Of a DNA stretch of 64,000 bases, positions 1-10,065 are shown in pieces. The notes under the pieces were generated by a model. It ran no database searches and was not told where the DNA came from. It was given only the letters and a program-made list of their open reading frames with translations. Both the position numbers and the translations under genes were made by a program. Location: assembly GCA_949297275.1 (NCBI GenBank), contig CASFQR010000007.1, forward strand, positions 2,627 through 66,626. Reading direction: 5' to 3'. Source of the DNA: an uncultured bacterium. Its GTDB lineage: Bacteria; Bacillota_I; Bacilli_A; RFN20; CAG-826. The first letter of the stretch is position 1, and every line of letters begins with the position of its first letter.

Positions 1-668
1 TAATCGATAATATGATGCAATAATTCAGTTGTTTCCTTTTGTTTCATTACATAATCGATGACAGGTTGATCTAAACCAGTTAAATCTTTTAATTCATCAA
101 TCCAAAAAGGATTAGGGATATTGCGGGTATCAAAGACAATTTCCGCATCCATCGGCACACCCTTTTTAAAGCCAAAACTCGTGAAAGAGAGGCATAAGGT
201 ATTATCGTGATCGCCTTCAATAATTTTATAGATATAGCGACGCAGTTCCGAACTTTGAAGCTTAGAAGTATCGATTAAAATATCTAATTTAATTCTTAAT
301 TCATCAAAATATTTACGGTCGAGGGCAATCGCTTGACTAAGCGAGAGACCATGAGCTTGTCGCGGATGAAAGCGTCGCGTTAATTTAAAGCGTTCAATCA
401 AAGAAGTTTCACTACAATCTAAGCCTAAAAAGATTGTGCGAATATCATTCTTTTCTTTAAAGAAATTATTGAATTCTAAAGCGTCTTCAATTGGGACTGT
501 TAAAGCGAGATGTTCATATTTTTGAGGAGCGTTCTTAATTTCAAAATATAAATTTTCTTTTAAAGAAACTGGTAAATTTTCAATGATGAAATAACCAAGT
601 TCCTCCAAAGTATAAATTAAAGTGGTTTTGCCCGCTCCATTAACGCCTGTTATCAAAAATAGTTCCAT
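1..668 (-). CDS. rapZ: RNase adapter / nucleotide-binding protein RapZ (YvcJ family), N-terminal part; gene continues beyond window start
   Basis: Minus-strand translation from ATG (plus 'cat' at 666-668) gives MELFLITGVNGAGKTTLIYTLEELGYFIIENLP. This matches the RapZ/YvcJ N-terminal P-loop signature (MxLVIVTGxSGAGKSxALxxLEDxGYxCVDNLP) and runs open to position 1. Confidence 0.7.
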   Translation of the reverse strand, partial: MELFLITGVNGAGKTTLIYTLEELGYFIIENLPVSLKENLYFEIKNAPQKYEHLALTVPIEDALEFNNFFKEKNDIRTIFLGLDCSETSLIERFKLTRRFHPRQAHGLSLSQAIALDRKYFDELRIKLDILIDTSKLQSSELRRYIYKIIEGDHDNTLCLSFTSFGFKKGVPMDAEIVFDTRNIPNPFWIDELKDLTGLDQPVIDYVMKQKETTELLHHIID

Positions 669-931
669 CACATCTACCTCGTTAATATTATAACTAATCT
701 ACAAGATAAGTAATATTACCATTTATTAATGGTGACTTAATTTGTTCTGCAATTGCTAGTTTTGTCGTCTTTTTTTGTCGCTTGGTAATAAAGCGATAAA
801 TTGCTAAAGGGATAAAGATTATTAAAAAGAAAGAAGCGTAAGTAAAAACAAAGCCAATTAAATAGAGCCAAGGAGGATAAAAAACATTGTAGGCTGATAA
901 AGTTAAGGCAATGAGAGAAAAAGTAAGAAAC

Positions 932-1570
932 TTATGATAAATTTATATCCGTAATAAAAGTTAAAAATTGCTTTATTAGATAATCTGGCTGAGTAGTGAT
1001 TTTGTCTTTGCGAGGACTCCAACTAACTAAAGCAAATTTTATCATTGCGTTTTTGGCAGCGAGAGCGTCATATTCACTATCGCCGACATATAATGCTTCA
1101 CTACTATTAATGCCTAAGACATTTAAAGCATAAATTAAACCATCTGGAGCGGGTTTATTATGACTAACTTCATCAGGCGTCACGATCACATCGAATAGAT
1201 TATCTAAATGTAATTGCTCTAAGGTCATTTCTGTATGTACGCGCCTTTTAGAAGTTACTAAAGCAATCTTAATGCCGCGAGATTTTAAAGCATTAAGTAA
1301 GGTGATGACCCCATCATATAAACGAACATATTTTTGATATAAAGGTGGGGTAATTTTTAAATAATCATGATAAATTTTATCGATATCTTGTAAGGGAAAT
1401 TCTTTTTGCAATGTTTCTAGAATCGGCGGACCAGAAAAAGTTAAAGTATGAGTAAAATCAGCTTGTGTCTCTGGTTTATATTTTTGATATAAGATTTTGA
1501 AGGCTTCAAAAATCATTTGGTCACTATCTAAGAGTGTGCCATCAAAATCGAATAAGATCGCTTTAAACAT
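932..1570 (-). CDS. HAD-IA family hydrolase (PpaX / phosphoglycolate-phosphatase-like)
   Basis: Has the N-terminal DxDGTL motif (ILFDFDGTLLDSD) and a C-terminal GDSxxD motif (YVGDSEYDALAAK). It lies directly downstream of lgt, as in the B. subtilis hprK-lgt-yvoDE(ppaX) arrangement. Confidence 0.7.
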   Translation of the reverse strand: MFKAILFDFDGTLLDSDQMIFEAFKILYQKYKPETQADFTHTLTFSGPPILETLQKEFPLQDIDKIYHDYLKITPPLYQKYVRLYDGVITLLNALKSRGIKIALVTSKRRVHTEMTLEQLHLDNLFDVIVTPDEVSHNKPAPDGLIYALNVLGINSSEALYVGDSEYDALAAKNAMIKFALVSWSPRKDKITTQPDYLIKQFLTFITDINLS

Positions 1571-1575
1571 TTATT

Positions 1576-2856
1576 TTAAGCCGTAAACCAATTGCGAGGT
1601 TCTTTGCCTTTTTTCTTTCTAATATAGTCGTAAACATGGAAGGCAATAATTAATAAAATACCCGCTCCGACAAAGACAAAAGCTGTAATATAGGATTGAG
1701 AATAGGCAAAGGCCTCACCATCATTTCCCCAACCTTGTCGCATCGGTTCCATGACAATACGCGTTAAACCATACCATATAATATAACAAGCAGTTAGATC
1801 ACCTAAAGATAACCATTTTTTTAACGGTTGACCAATCGCGTAAGCGATGATGAAATAACCCGCTAAATTGGAGAGACATTCAATTAAAAATAAAGGAACA
1901 TAGATTTGGGTGCCACTAATCATTCCGTTAGCAAAATCTACCCCCATTTGGTTATAGATCATCGTCGGTAAAAAGGCCCAATTACTACCATCGGTCGCCG
2001 CCCCATAAACTTCGTGATTAAAGAAATTACCCCAGCGGCCAATCGCCTGGGCAATTAATATGGCGGGAACAATAATATCCATCGCCCAACGAATATTGAC
2101 ATATTTTCTTAAAGTCACCATCGCGATGACTCCAAAGATAATGCCAAAAATCGCCCCACCTTGAATCGCTAAACCGCCTTCCCAAATATATAAAATCTTG
2201 ATTGGGTCCGCTAAATAATGCGCGGGTTCAAGCACTAAACAATACCATAAACGCGCGCCGATAATACCCATCGGGAAAGCGATTAAAAAGATCGGATCGA
2301 GGATACCATGTTTTTTAAAGCGCTGATAGAAGCGGTGATCACAAACAAAATAAACTAAAACGGCGCCACTAACAATTAAGATGCCATAAAATTGAATATG
2401 GAATGAACCAATATTTATCCCGGTTACTAATGGATAAGTAAAATGCATCGCCATTCCTTCGCTCATTAAAAACATTGTCACAATCGCTAAAATAGCTGCT
2501 GGAAATAATGAATAAAAGAGATATTTACGGCGTTCGACTTCTAGTGTTGGTTTATAATAATATAAAACAAAGGCATAAATAAAATAAGAGATAAAAGCGG
2601 CAAAGAAATAAGAGCCGAAGGCTAAGAAAAGATATTCTTTGACGCTATAAACCCAACTTTGCATATAGCCGAGGAATAAATTGCTTAAAAAAGTGAAAAT
2701 GCCAGTAACAAAGACTGGAATTAAAAATCTTAAATAATCGATTTTATGGAGTTTATCATCATCTTTAGCTTTTATCTTTTTAATCACATAAACAAAGCCA
2801 TAAATAAATGTTCCTAAACCTAACAATAGAAAGATAATAAAAAATGCAATATTCAT
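1576..2856 (-). CDS. lgt: prolipoprotein diacylglyceryl transferase with an N-terminal membrane extension of about 100 aa
   Basis: The core Lgt region is recognisable (HRFYQRFKKHGILDPIFLIAFPMGIIGARLWY ... GRWGNFFNHEVYG). It is a polytopic membrane protein of 426 aa, against roughly 270-280 aa for a typical Lgt. Confidence 0.85.
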   Translation of the reverse strand: MNIAFFIIFLLLGLGTFIYGFVYVIKKIKAKDDDKLHKIDYLRFLIPVFVTGIFTFLSNLFLGYMQSWVYSVKEYLFLAFGSYFFAAFISYFIYAFVLYYYKPTLEVERRKYLFYSLFPAAILAIVTMFLMSEGMAMHFTYPLVTGINIGSFHIQFYGILIVSGAVLVYFVCDHRFYQRFKKHGILDPIFLIAFPMGIIGARLWYCLVLEPAHYLADPIKILYIWEGGLAIQGGAIFGIIFGVIAMVTLRKYVNIRWAMDIIVPAILIAQAIGRWGNFFNHEVYGAATDGSNWAFLPTMIYNQMGVDFANGMISGTQIYVPLFLIECLSNLAGYFIIAYAIGQPLKKWLSLGDLTACYIIWYGLTRIVMEPMRQGWGNDGEAFAYSQSYITAFVFVGAGILLIIAFHVYDYIRKKKGKEPRNWFTA

Positions 2857-2876
2857 ACGCGATTAGTTTAGCAAAT

Positions 2877-5732
2877 TTAAGATTTTTTTAAATAGTTATT
2901 TGCGTTTAAAAATGATTTGAGGTATTGCCCAGTATAAGATTTAGGATTATTTGCTACCTCTTCTGGTGTACCTAAGGCAATAATTTGACCACCACCATCG
3001 CCCCCTTCTGGCCCTAAATCAATAATATGATCGGCTAATTTAATCACATCTAAATTATGTTCAATAATTAAAACCGTATCACCATTATCAACGATTCTTT
3101 CTAACACTAACATCAAGCGCTTAATATCATCTTTATGTAAACCAGTCGTAGGTTCATCTAAAACAAATAAGGTTTTACCCGTTGGGCGCTTTTGGAGTTC
3201 GTAGGCTAATTTAACTCTTTGAGCTTCACCGCCACTAAGAGTAGTTGCTTGTTGCCCTAATTTCATATAACCTAAACCAACATCGCATAAAATATCTAAT
3301 TGCCGCTTAATTTGGATGCGATTAGCGAAGAATTCGCGCGCATCTTCAATTGTCATTTCTAAGACTTCATAAATATTTTTACCTTTATAAGTAATTTCTA
3401 ATGTTTCGGCGTTATATCTTTTACCATCACATTCATCGCATTTGACATAGACATCTGGTAAAAAGTTCATTGAGATGCGGCTAACACCCGCACCTTGACA
3501 GTGCTCACATCTTCCACCAGAAATATTAAAAGAGAAACGACCTTTATCATAGCCTTTAGCCCTCGCTAAAGGGGTTTCGGCAAATAAAGCGCGGATATCA
3601 TCAAAAACCCCCACATAAGTGGCCGGATTAGATCGTGGTGTCTTCCCAATTGGTTCTTGGGTGACATTAACGACTTTATCGATGTTTTTATAACCACTGA
3701 TGGATCTAAATTTACCTGGGTGATATTCGCCTTTTTTATTAATTTTAGCTAAAAGAGCAGGCACGAGGGTTTGATTAATTAATGATGATTTACCACTACC
3801 AGAGACTCCCGTAACTAAAATTAATGTGCCTAAAGGTAAAGAGATATTAATATTTTTTAAATTATTACATTCTGCACCACTAAGTTCTAAGAATTTGCCA
3901 TTACCTGTTCTCCGCTTACTTGGTAAAGCAATATCTAATTCATGCGAAAGATATTTACCAGTAATTGATCGCGGTTCTTTAATGATATCGGCTAATGTTC
4001 CTTTAGCAACCACTTCTCCACCATGCACCCCCGCTCCTGGACCAATATCGACAAGATAATCGGCTTCGCGCATCATCTCTTCATCGTGCTCCACCACAAT
4101 TAAGGTATTGCCTAAATCGCGCATTTCTTTCATCGTTTTAATTAAGCGCGCGTTATCGCGTTGATGTAAACCAATGGAAGGTTCATCTAAAACATATAAA
4201 ATGCCAGATAATTTAGAACCAATTTGTGTCGCTAGACGAATACGTTGAGCCTCACCACCACTTAAAGTAGCAGCCATTCTCGCTAAAGTTAAATAAGATA
4301 AACCAACATCAACTAAAAATTCCGCGCGATTAAGAATTTCTTTAATTACTAAATGCACAATCTGTTTTTGATAATCGGTTAAAACCTTATCTAAATCTTT
4401 AATAAAAGTGACTAATTGCTCAATGGATAGACGAGTAACTTCATAAATATTTAAACCATTGACTTTGATGGCTAAGACTTCTTTAGATAAACGCGCTCCA
4501 TGGCACATTTGACATTCATTATCGCGCATATAAAAGCCATATAATTGCCGCATCATTTCCGAATTAGTCTCATTATATAACCTAGTGATTTTATCCAAAA
4601 TTCCTTCAATATAACCACTGCGGTGCATTTTATTTCCACTCGCAGAAGTTAAGACATATTTAAAATGGCGATCAGAGCCATGAAAGATAATATTTCTTTC
4701 TTTTTTACTATATTCTTTAAAAGGGATATCGGTGCGAATTTGATATTGATCTAATAAAAATTTAAATTCTTGCCATTCTAAATTAGAAGTATTAACAGTA
4801 TTTTTAAACCAGCGAATAGCCCCCTTATCGATTGAGAGATTCTCGTTGGGCACTAAGATTTCACTCGATGCTTCTCTTTTAATACCTAAACCTTTACAAG
4901 ATGGGCAATAACCCATCGGGGCGTTAAAAGAGAATAATCGAGGTTCAAGTTTAGGAACAGCAAAGCCACAGATTGGACAAGCGTGATGTTCACTTAATAA
5001 CCTTTCTTCGATATCTGATAAAAAGATGACATAACCATGACCATAATCAAGGGCTAATTCAATCGATTCAAATAAGCGCGAAGCGATGTCTTCTTTAATT
5101 ATTAAGCGATCAATTACAATATCAATATGGTGACGAAGATTTTTTTCTAAAGGAGAAACTTCACTTAAACGCATGATTTTCCCATCGACCCGCACGCGTT
5201 CAAAACCTTGCTCTTTAATTCGTTTGAGTGTTTCAACATGCGTGCCTTTTTCTTCTTTAATAATTGGAGCTAAGAGATATAATTTAGTGCCCACTGGGTA
5301 AGCTAAAGCAATATCGCGCATCTTGGTCGGCGAAAAAGAAACGATTGGTATATTGTGATTTGGGCAATAAGGTACACCAACACGCGCGAATAATAATCTT
5401 AAATAGTCATATATTTCAGTTACTGTCCCCACTGTTGATCGCGGATTATGCGAGGTAGTTTTTTGATCGATTGAAATCGCAGGTGATAAACCTTCAATCG
5501 CATCGACATCTGGTTTTTCAATATTGCCTAAAAATTGTCGCGCATAACTAGAAAGCGATTCGATATAGCGCCTTTGACCTTCTTTAAAAATAGTATCAAA
5601 GGCTAGCGTAGTTTTACCTGAACCCGATAAACCAGTAAAAACAACCAATTGATTTTTGGGGATTTCTAAATCGATATTTTTTAAATTATTATCGCGAGCG
5701 CCTTTAATAAAAATCGTATTCTGTTCTTGCAT
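2877..5732 (-). CDS. uvrA: excinuclease ABC subunit A
   Basis: 951 aa with two ABC ATPase modules (GLSGSGKTTLAFDTI; GVSGSGKSSLINQT), LSGGEAQR signature motifs and zinc-finger CxxC pairs. Confidence 0.95.
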   Translation of the reverse strand: MQEQNTIFIKGARDNNLKNIDLEIPKNQLVVFTGLSGSGKTTLAFDTIFKEGQRRYIESLSSYARQFLGNIEKPDVDAIEGLSPAISIDQKTTSHNPRSTVGTVTEIYDYLRLLFARVGVPYCPNHNIPIVSFSPTKMRDIALAYPVGTKLYLLAPIIKEEKGTHVETLKRIKEQGFERVRVDGKIMRLSEVSPLEKNLRHHIDIVIDRLIIKEDIASRLFESIELALDYGHGYVIFLSDIEERLLSEHHACPICGFAVPKLEPRLFSFNAPMGYCPSCKGLGIKREASSEILVPNENLSIDKGAIRWFKNTVNTSNLEWQEFKFLLDQYQIRTDIPFKEYSKKERNIIFHGSDRHFKYVLTSASGNKMHRSGYIEGILDKITRLYNETNSEMMRQLYGFYMRDNECQMCHGARLSKEVLAIKVNGLNIYEVTRLSIEQLVTFIKDLDKVLTDYQKQIVHLVIKEILNRAEFLVDVGLSYLTLARMAATLSGGEAQRIRLATQIGSKLSGILYVLDEPSIGLHQRDNARLIKTMKEMRDLGNTLIVVEHDEEMMREADYLVDIGPGAGVHGGEVVAKGTLADIIKEPRSITGKYLSHELDIALPSKRRTGNGKFLELSGAECNNLKNINISLPLGTLILVTGVSGSGKSSLINQTLVPALLAKINKKGEYHPGKFRSISGYKNIDKVVNVTQEPIGKTPRSNPATYVGVFDDIRALFAETPLARAKGYDKGRFSFNISGGRCEHCQGAGVSRISMNFLPDVYVKCDECDGKRYNAETLEITYKGKNIYEVLEMTIEDAREFFANRIQIKRQLDILCDVGLGYMKLGQQATTLSGGEAQRVKLAYELQKRPTGKTLFVLDEPTTGLHKDDIKRLMLVLERIVDNGDTVLIIEHNLDVIKLADHIIDLGPEGGDGGGQIIALGTPEEVANNPKSYTGQYLKSFLNANNYLKKS

Positions 5733-5777
5733 ATATCTCTTTTAAAAAATAAATAAATGATTATAATAATATTTACT

Positions 5778-5854
5778 CGGGACGTGGCGTAGCTTGGTAG
5801 CGCGCTTCCTTGGGGTGGAAGAGGCCGTGAGTTCAAATCTCATCGTTCCGACCA
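5778..5854 (+). tRNA. tRNA-Pro (anticodon GGG)
   Basis: Folds as a cloverleaf. The 7-bp acceptor stem is CGGGACG/CGUUCCG with one G-U, the anticodon stem-loop is CUUCC-UUGGGGU-GGAAG (anticodon GGG), the T-loop is GUUCAAAUC, and a CCA end is encoded. Confidence 0.85.
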
Positions 5855-5865
5855 TTTAAATCATT

Positions 5866-5890
5866 ACATCTCTACATAGAGATGTTTTTT
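5866..5890. terminator. Intrinsic terminator hairpin (acatctcta-cat-tagagatgt) followed by a T6 run, between tRNA-Pro(+) and por(-)
   Basis: Perfect 9-bp inverted repeat followed by tttttt. Confidence 0.6.
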
Positions 5891-5934
5891 ATAAAAGGAG
5901 GCTACTTAATGTAGCCCCCTTAAGCAGTTAGGAA

Positions 5935-8900
5935 TTATAGACCAAATTTCTTGATTCTTTCATAGCGTGCCTTCGCGTGCATTTCAGATTTTTGTAATAA
6001 TTCTTCCGCGTGCTCAGGATTAACGATTGGGAGTTGTGAGAAGCGAGTTTCGCCCATCACAAATTCGCGGAATTTAGTGAAATCAGGTTCTTTCATATCT
6101 AAAGTGAGACAAGGTTTACCCATCGCGGCATTTCTAGGATCATATCTAAAGATGGGGAAATAGCCACTTTCTACAGCTTTCTTTTCGACTTTCATCGTGT
6201 TAGATAAGCCACCTTTAATCCCGTGGTTAGCACATGGTGCATAACAAATAATTAATGATGGACCATCATAACTTTCAGCTTCTTTTAAAGCTTGAATCGC
6301 TTTCATGGGATTTGCGCCCATCGAAATTTGAGCGACATAGACATGGCCATACGCCATCGCCATTAAAGCGAGATTCTTCTTCGCGCCGGTTTTACCACTA
6401 GCGGTAAATTTAGCGATTGAACCAGTTTGGGAAGACTTAGAAGATTGACCGCCGGTATTAGAATAAACTTCCGTATCTAAGACGAGGACATTGACATCAT
6501 CTTCATTGGCTAAGACATGGTCTAAACCACCATAACCAATATCATATGACCAACCATCACCGCCGATAATCCACACTGATTTATCTAATAAATCGCGTTC
6601 ATATTTTAAGACTTCTTGGATTGCTTCGTTTTTACTTTCTTTAACTAGTTTCACTAAAGTAGGAATAATCTTACGAGCTTCCTCTTTGTTTTTAATATTA
6701 TTTAAATATTGGTCAATTGTTTCTTTTAGTTCATCGCTAACATCACTAGCTGCTTTAGCAGCAGTTAAAATGCGAACGATTTGGGCTAATTTATAGTTAG
6801 TAGCAATGCGCATACCATAACCAAATTCAGCATTATCTTCAAATAAGGAATTCGCCCACGCTACCCCTTGACCATTCTTATCAGTGCAAAATGGCGTTAA
6901 AGGTGTCGAGCCACTATAAATTGAGGAGCAGCCAGTCGCGTTAGCCACTAACATATCTTTACCAAATAATTGGGAAACGAGGCGATAATATGGTGTCTCA
7001 CCACAACCAGCACACGCCCCACTAACTTCCATATAAGGCATTAAGAAACCAACGCCTTTGACGGTATTAGTTGGCACTAAGTTAGATTTATATTCGACAT
7101 GTTTATATAAATAATCAGCAGCGTCCTCAAGATGGAATTGTTCTTTGGCTTCTTTCATCACTAAAGCGTGTTTCCCCATCTTATTTGCCATACATTCACT
7201 AACGCATAACGCGCAGCCAACGCAGTTTTTAGGTGAAACTTGAATGCGGAATTTATAACCTTTTAAGGCTGAACCACCCATCGCATCAATAACATCATTT
7301 TTCACTGCTTCAGGCGCATTCTTTAATTCTTCTTCATTTAATAAGAATGGACGAATAGTCGCGTGTGGACAGACAAAGGCACATTGATTACATTGAATAC
7401 AATCGTCTTTATTCCATTCAGGAACCATATCAGCAATCGATCGTTTTTCTTTAAAGGTGATATCATTTTCCATCGTTCCATCAAGTAATTCAAATTCTTT
7501 AAATTTAGAAACCGGGATAGTATCACCATCTAATGAGCCAACAAGCGAGACATAAGAATCGAAATATTCATCACCTGTCATTTCACGGACGCGTTTAGGA
7601 TTAAGTTCGGCCCAAGTTGGATCAATTTTAACTTCGCGTAGGCCACTAGAACCCGCATCGATAGCTTGATAATTAAGTTCAACGACATCTTGACCTTTTT
7701 TCGCATAGGTTTTCGCAGCTAATTTCTTCATCCAAGCGCGAGCGTCTTCATAAGGCATGATACTAGGATTAAGATAGAAGAAAGAAGATTGTAATGTCGT
7801 ATTAGTGTGACGACCCATACCAATTTCATGGGCAATCTTATTCGCGTCAATAACATAGAATTTTGCATGTTTGGTCGCTAATTGATATTTAACGCGATTA
7901 GGCAAGGATTTAATTAATGCTTCATCATCCATGTCGGTATTAAGTAAGAAAATACCACCTTCCTTTAAATTCTTGAGCATATCAAATTTAAAGAGATAAG
8001 TATCAAGCGAACAAGAGATAAAGTCAGCATTTTCAACATAATAAGTTGAATGAATTGGTGATTTACCAAAGCGGAGGTGCGAACGAGTGACCCCACCAGC
8101 TTTTCTAGAATCGTAAGCAAAATAGGCTTGAGCGTATTGATGAGTGGCATCGCCAATAATCTTAATTGAAGATTTATTCGCAGAGACCGTACCATCACTA
8201 CCTAAACCATAGAATAAGCAAGAAGTATAATCACCTTTAATATGGAAAGAATCATCAACCGGAATCGATAAGTGCGTCACATCATCTTCAATCCCGACTG
8301 TGAAATTATGATGCGGTTGATGCTTTAAGAAATCAAAGACTGATTTAATGTGTTTGGGTTGAGTATCTTTGCTTGATAAACCATAACGACCACCATAAAC
8401 AGCAATCGATGTTTTGCCCATTAAATTAAGGGCACTGACGACATCTTCATAAAGTGGTTCACCACTTGCCCCAATTTCTTTCGTGCGATCTAAGACGGCA
8501 ATGCGCTTAGTTGAAGCAGGAATTTTTTCAACTAAATGTTTAGCGGAGAAAGGACGATAAAGATGGACTTTAACTAAACCAACTTTTTCACCATTCTTTG
8601 TTAAAGCGTCAATAACTTCAATTGCCGTTTCCGTAACTGAACCCATCGCAATGATAACATCAGTCGCGTCCTTAGCCCCATAATAGGTAAATGGTGCATA
8701 TTCGCGACCAGTTAATTCGCTAGCAATCTTTAAATATTTTTCAGCCACCTTTAAGACATTATCATAATGTTCGTTTTGGGCTTCGCGACCTTGGAAATAA
8801 ATATCATCATTTTCCGCCCCACCGCGGGTGACTGGATGAGTGTGAGGATTAAGCGCTCTTTGTCTAAAATCTTCAATTTTGTCCCAAGGTAATAATTTAC

Positions 8901-9480
8901 GATATTCTTCTTCATCGACAAATTCGACATTTTGAATTTCGTGAGAAGTGCGGAAACCATCAAAGAAATGGAGAATTGGTGCTTCGCTTTCCATCGCAAT
9001 TAAATGAGCGATTGGGGTTAAATCAGCAATTTCTTGCACAGAATGCGAACATAACATCGTAATGCCAGTTTGACGCACCGCATAAATATCTTGATGATCA
9101 CCAAAAATTGATAAAGCACGCGTAGCTAAAGAACGGGCTGAAACATGTAAAACAGCTGGCAATAATTCACCAACCCATTTATAAATGTTAGGAATCATTA
9201 ATAATAAGCCTTGGCTAGCGGTATAAGTTGTCGCATAAGCCCCAGCTTGTAAAGCCCCATGCACTGTTCCCGAAGCACCGGCTTCTGATTGCATTTCAAC
9301 AACTTTTACTGGTTGACTAAAGAAATTCTTTTGGCCTTTTGAGGCATAGACATCGACTAATTCGGCCATCGGTGAGCTGGGGGTAATTGGATAAATACCA
9401 GCTACTTCAGTAAAATGATAGCTACCCATCGCCGCGGCAGTATTGCCATCGACTGAGAGAAATGTTTTTTTAACTTCCAC
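5935..9480 (-). CDS. por: pyruvate:ferredoxin (flavodoxin) oxidoreductase, single-polypeptide NifJ/PorA type
   Basis: 1181 aa. Carries two 4Fe-4S ferredoxin motifs (CIQCNQCAFVCP; CVGCALCVSEC) and a TPP-binding GGDGW motif (IIGGDGWSYDIGYGG). Domain order matches PFOR. Confidence 0.9.
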   Translation of the reverse strand: MEVKKTFLSVDGNTAAAMGSYHFTEVAGIYPITPSSPMAELVDVYASKGQKNFFSQPVKVVEMQSEAGASGTVHGALQAGAYATTYTASQGLLLMIPNIYKWVGELLPAVLHVSARSLATRALSIFGDHQDIYAVRQTGITMLCSHSVQEIADLTPIAHLIAMESEAPILHFFDGFRTSHEIQNVEFVDEEEYRKLLPWDKIEDFRQRALNPHTHPVTRGGAENDDIYFQGREAQNEHYDNVLKVAEKYLKIASELTGREYAPFTYYGAKDATDVIIAMGSVTETAIEVIDALTKNGEKVGLVKVHLYRPFSAKHLVEKIPASTKRIAVLDRTKEIGASGEPLYEDVVSALNLMGKTSIAVYGGRYGLSSKDTQPKHIKSVFDFLKHQPHHNFTVGIEDDVTHLSIPVDDSFHIKGDYTSCLFYGLGSDGTVSANKSSIKIIGDATHQYAQAYFAYDSRKAGGVTRSHLRFGKSPIHSTYYVENADFISCSLDTYLFKFDMLKNLKEGGIFLLNTDMDDEALIKSLPNRVKYQLATKHAKFYVIDANKIAHEIGMGRHTNTTLQSSFFYLNPSIMPYEDARAWMKKLAAKTYAKKGQDVVELNYQAIDAGSSGLREVKIDPTWAELNPKRVREMTGDEYFDSYVSLVGSLDGDTIPVSKFKEFELLDGTMENDITFKEKRSIADMVPEWNKDDCIQCNQCAFVCPHATIRPFLLNEEELKNAPEAVKNDVIDAMGGSALKGYKFRIQVSPKNCVGCALCVSECMANKMGKHALVMKEAKEQFHLEDAADYLYKHVEYKSNLVPTNTVKGVGFLMPYMEVSGACAGCGETPYYRLVSQLFGKDMLVANATGCSSIYSGSTPLTPFCTDKNGQGVAWANSLFEDNAEFGYGMRIATNYKLAQIVRILTAAKAASDVSDELKETIDQYLNNIKNKEEARKIIPTLVKLVKESKNEAIQEVLKYERDLLDKSVWIIGGDGWSYDIGYGGLDHVLANEDDVNVLVLDTEVYSNTGGQSSKSSQTGSIAKFTASGKTGAKKNLALMAMAYGHVYVAQISMGANPMKAIQALKEAESYDGPSLIICYAPCANHGIKGGLSNTMKVEKKAVESGYFPIFRYDPRNAAMGKPCLTLDMKEPDFTKFREFVMGETRFSQLPIVNPEHAEELLQKSEMHAKARYERIKKFGL

Positions 9481-9612
9481 GATTTAAAATCTCCTTTTTA
9501 TATCGAAAATATTATAAATTTACCCACTTTAGATATCAATATCTAAAATGAAAAATAAATGATAAAAAATAAACTTAAAATAATAAAGGTAGAAGATGAA
9601 GATATTTAAAAA

Positions 9613-10029
9613 TTATTTATTCTTTTTCTTTGGGTGTAATTCTTCATTAATTAAGCGGCGAAGAACTTTTAAATCTTGAGGATTAAGGGTTAAATTTCGA
9701 TCAAAAAAGCCGGAAATTGTCAGTTTTTTATAAATGAAATCACTTACAGAAGCATATTGCTCTAATTGTTTTTTCTTGATGGGATTATGTTCTTTTTTAA
9801 CTGGTTCTTTTACTTCATTAACTTGATTAATATATTCAGTTAAAGCCGGGATTAAATCTTTCACATTATAATCTAAATCTAATTTAATTAAGGGATCAAA
9901 ATAAGATAAATCATTCGCAATAATATCGCTATAAATGCCGATTTTATTTGCTAACATATCTAAAGAAATGTATTTGCGGCGAATGCTTTCAATAATTTTA
10001 AGATATTTTCGCGCCTTACTTTTGTTCAT
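9613..10029 (-). CDS. Small protein with a Rex-N-terminal-like winged-helix DNA-binding domain; no Rossmann NADH-sensing domain
   Basis: ISLDMLANKIGIYSDIIANDLSYFD...DLDYNVKDLIPAL resembles the Rex DNA-binding region ([34 protein letters not shown]). The protein is only 138 aa and has a Lys-rich tail. Confidence 0.4.
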   Translation of the reverse strand: MNKSKARKYLKIIESIRRKYISLDMLANKIGIYSDIIANDLSYFDPLIKLDLDYNVKDLIPALTEYINQVNEVKEPVKKEHNPIKKKQLEQYASVSDFIYKKLTISGFFDRNLTLNPQDLKVLRRLINEELHPKKKNK

Positions 10030-10065
10030 ATGCTTATTATAGCATAGTGATTAAAAAGATAATAA

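Noticed and set aside
700-930. Possible 45-codon hydrophobic peptide on the minus strand between rapZ and the HAD gene
   Set aside because: No ATG start or SD in frame, and only one hydrophobic stretch. More likely untranslated spacer.
3826-4059. Plus-strand 77-aa ORF inside uvrA. The same kind of nested ORF occurs at 7338..7529, 7965..8198 and 8751..8999 inside por; at 18450..18641, 19518..19802 and 19875..20096 inside the permeases; at 20175..20525, 20203..20493 and 20876..21142 inside the ATPase; and at 26078..26290, 28247..28507, 30166..30375, 30832..31029, 33254..33514, 36791..37093, 37499..37933, 44676..44912, 45462..45686, 46819..47007, 48533..48727, 49423..49650, 55186..55413, 56474..56897, 57076..57258, 58617..58850, 60589..60771 and 62899..63147.
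   Set aside because: They lie fully inside, or antisense to, strongly supported genes. They are short, with AT-rich low-complexity translations and no RBS or motif. These are ordinary frame artefacts.
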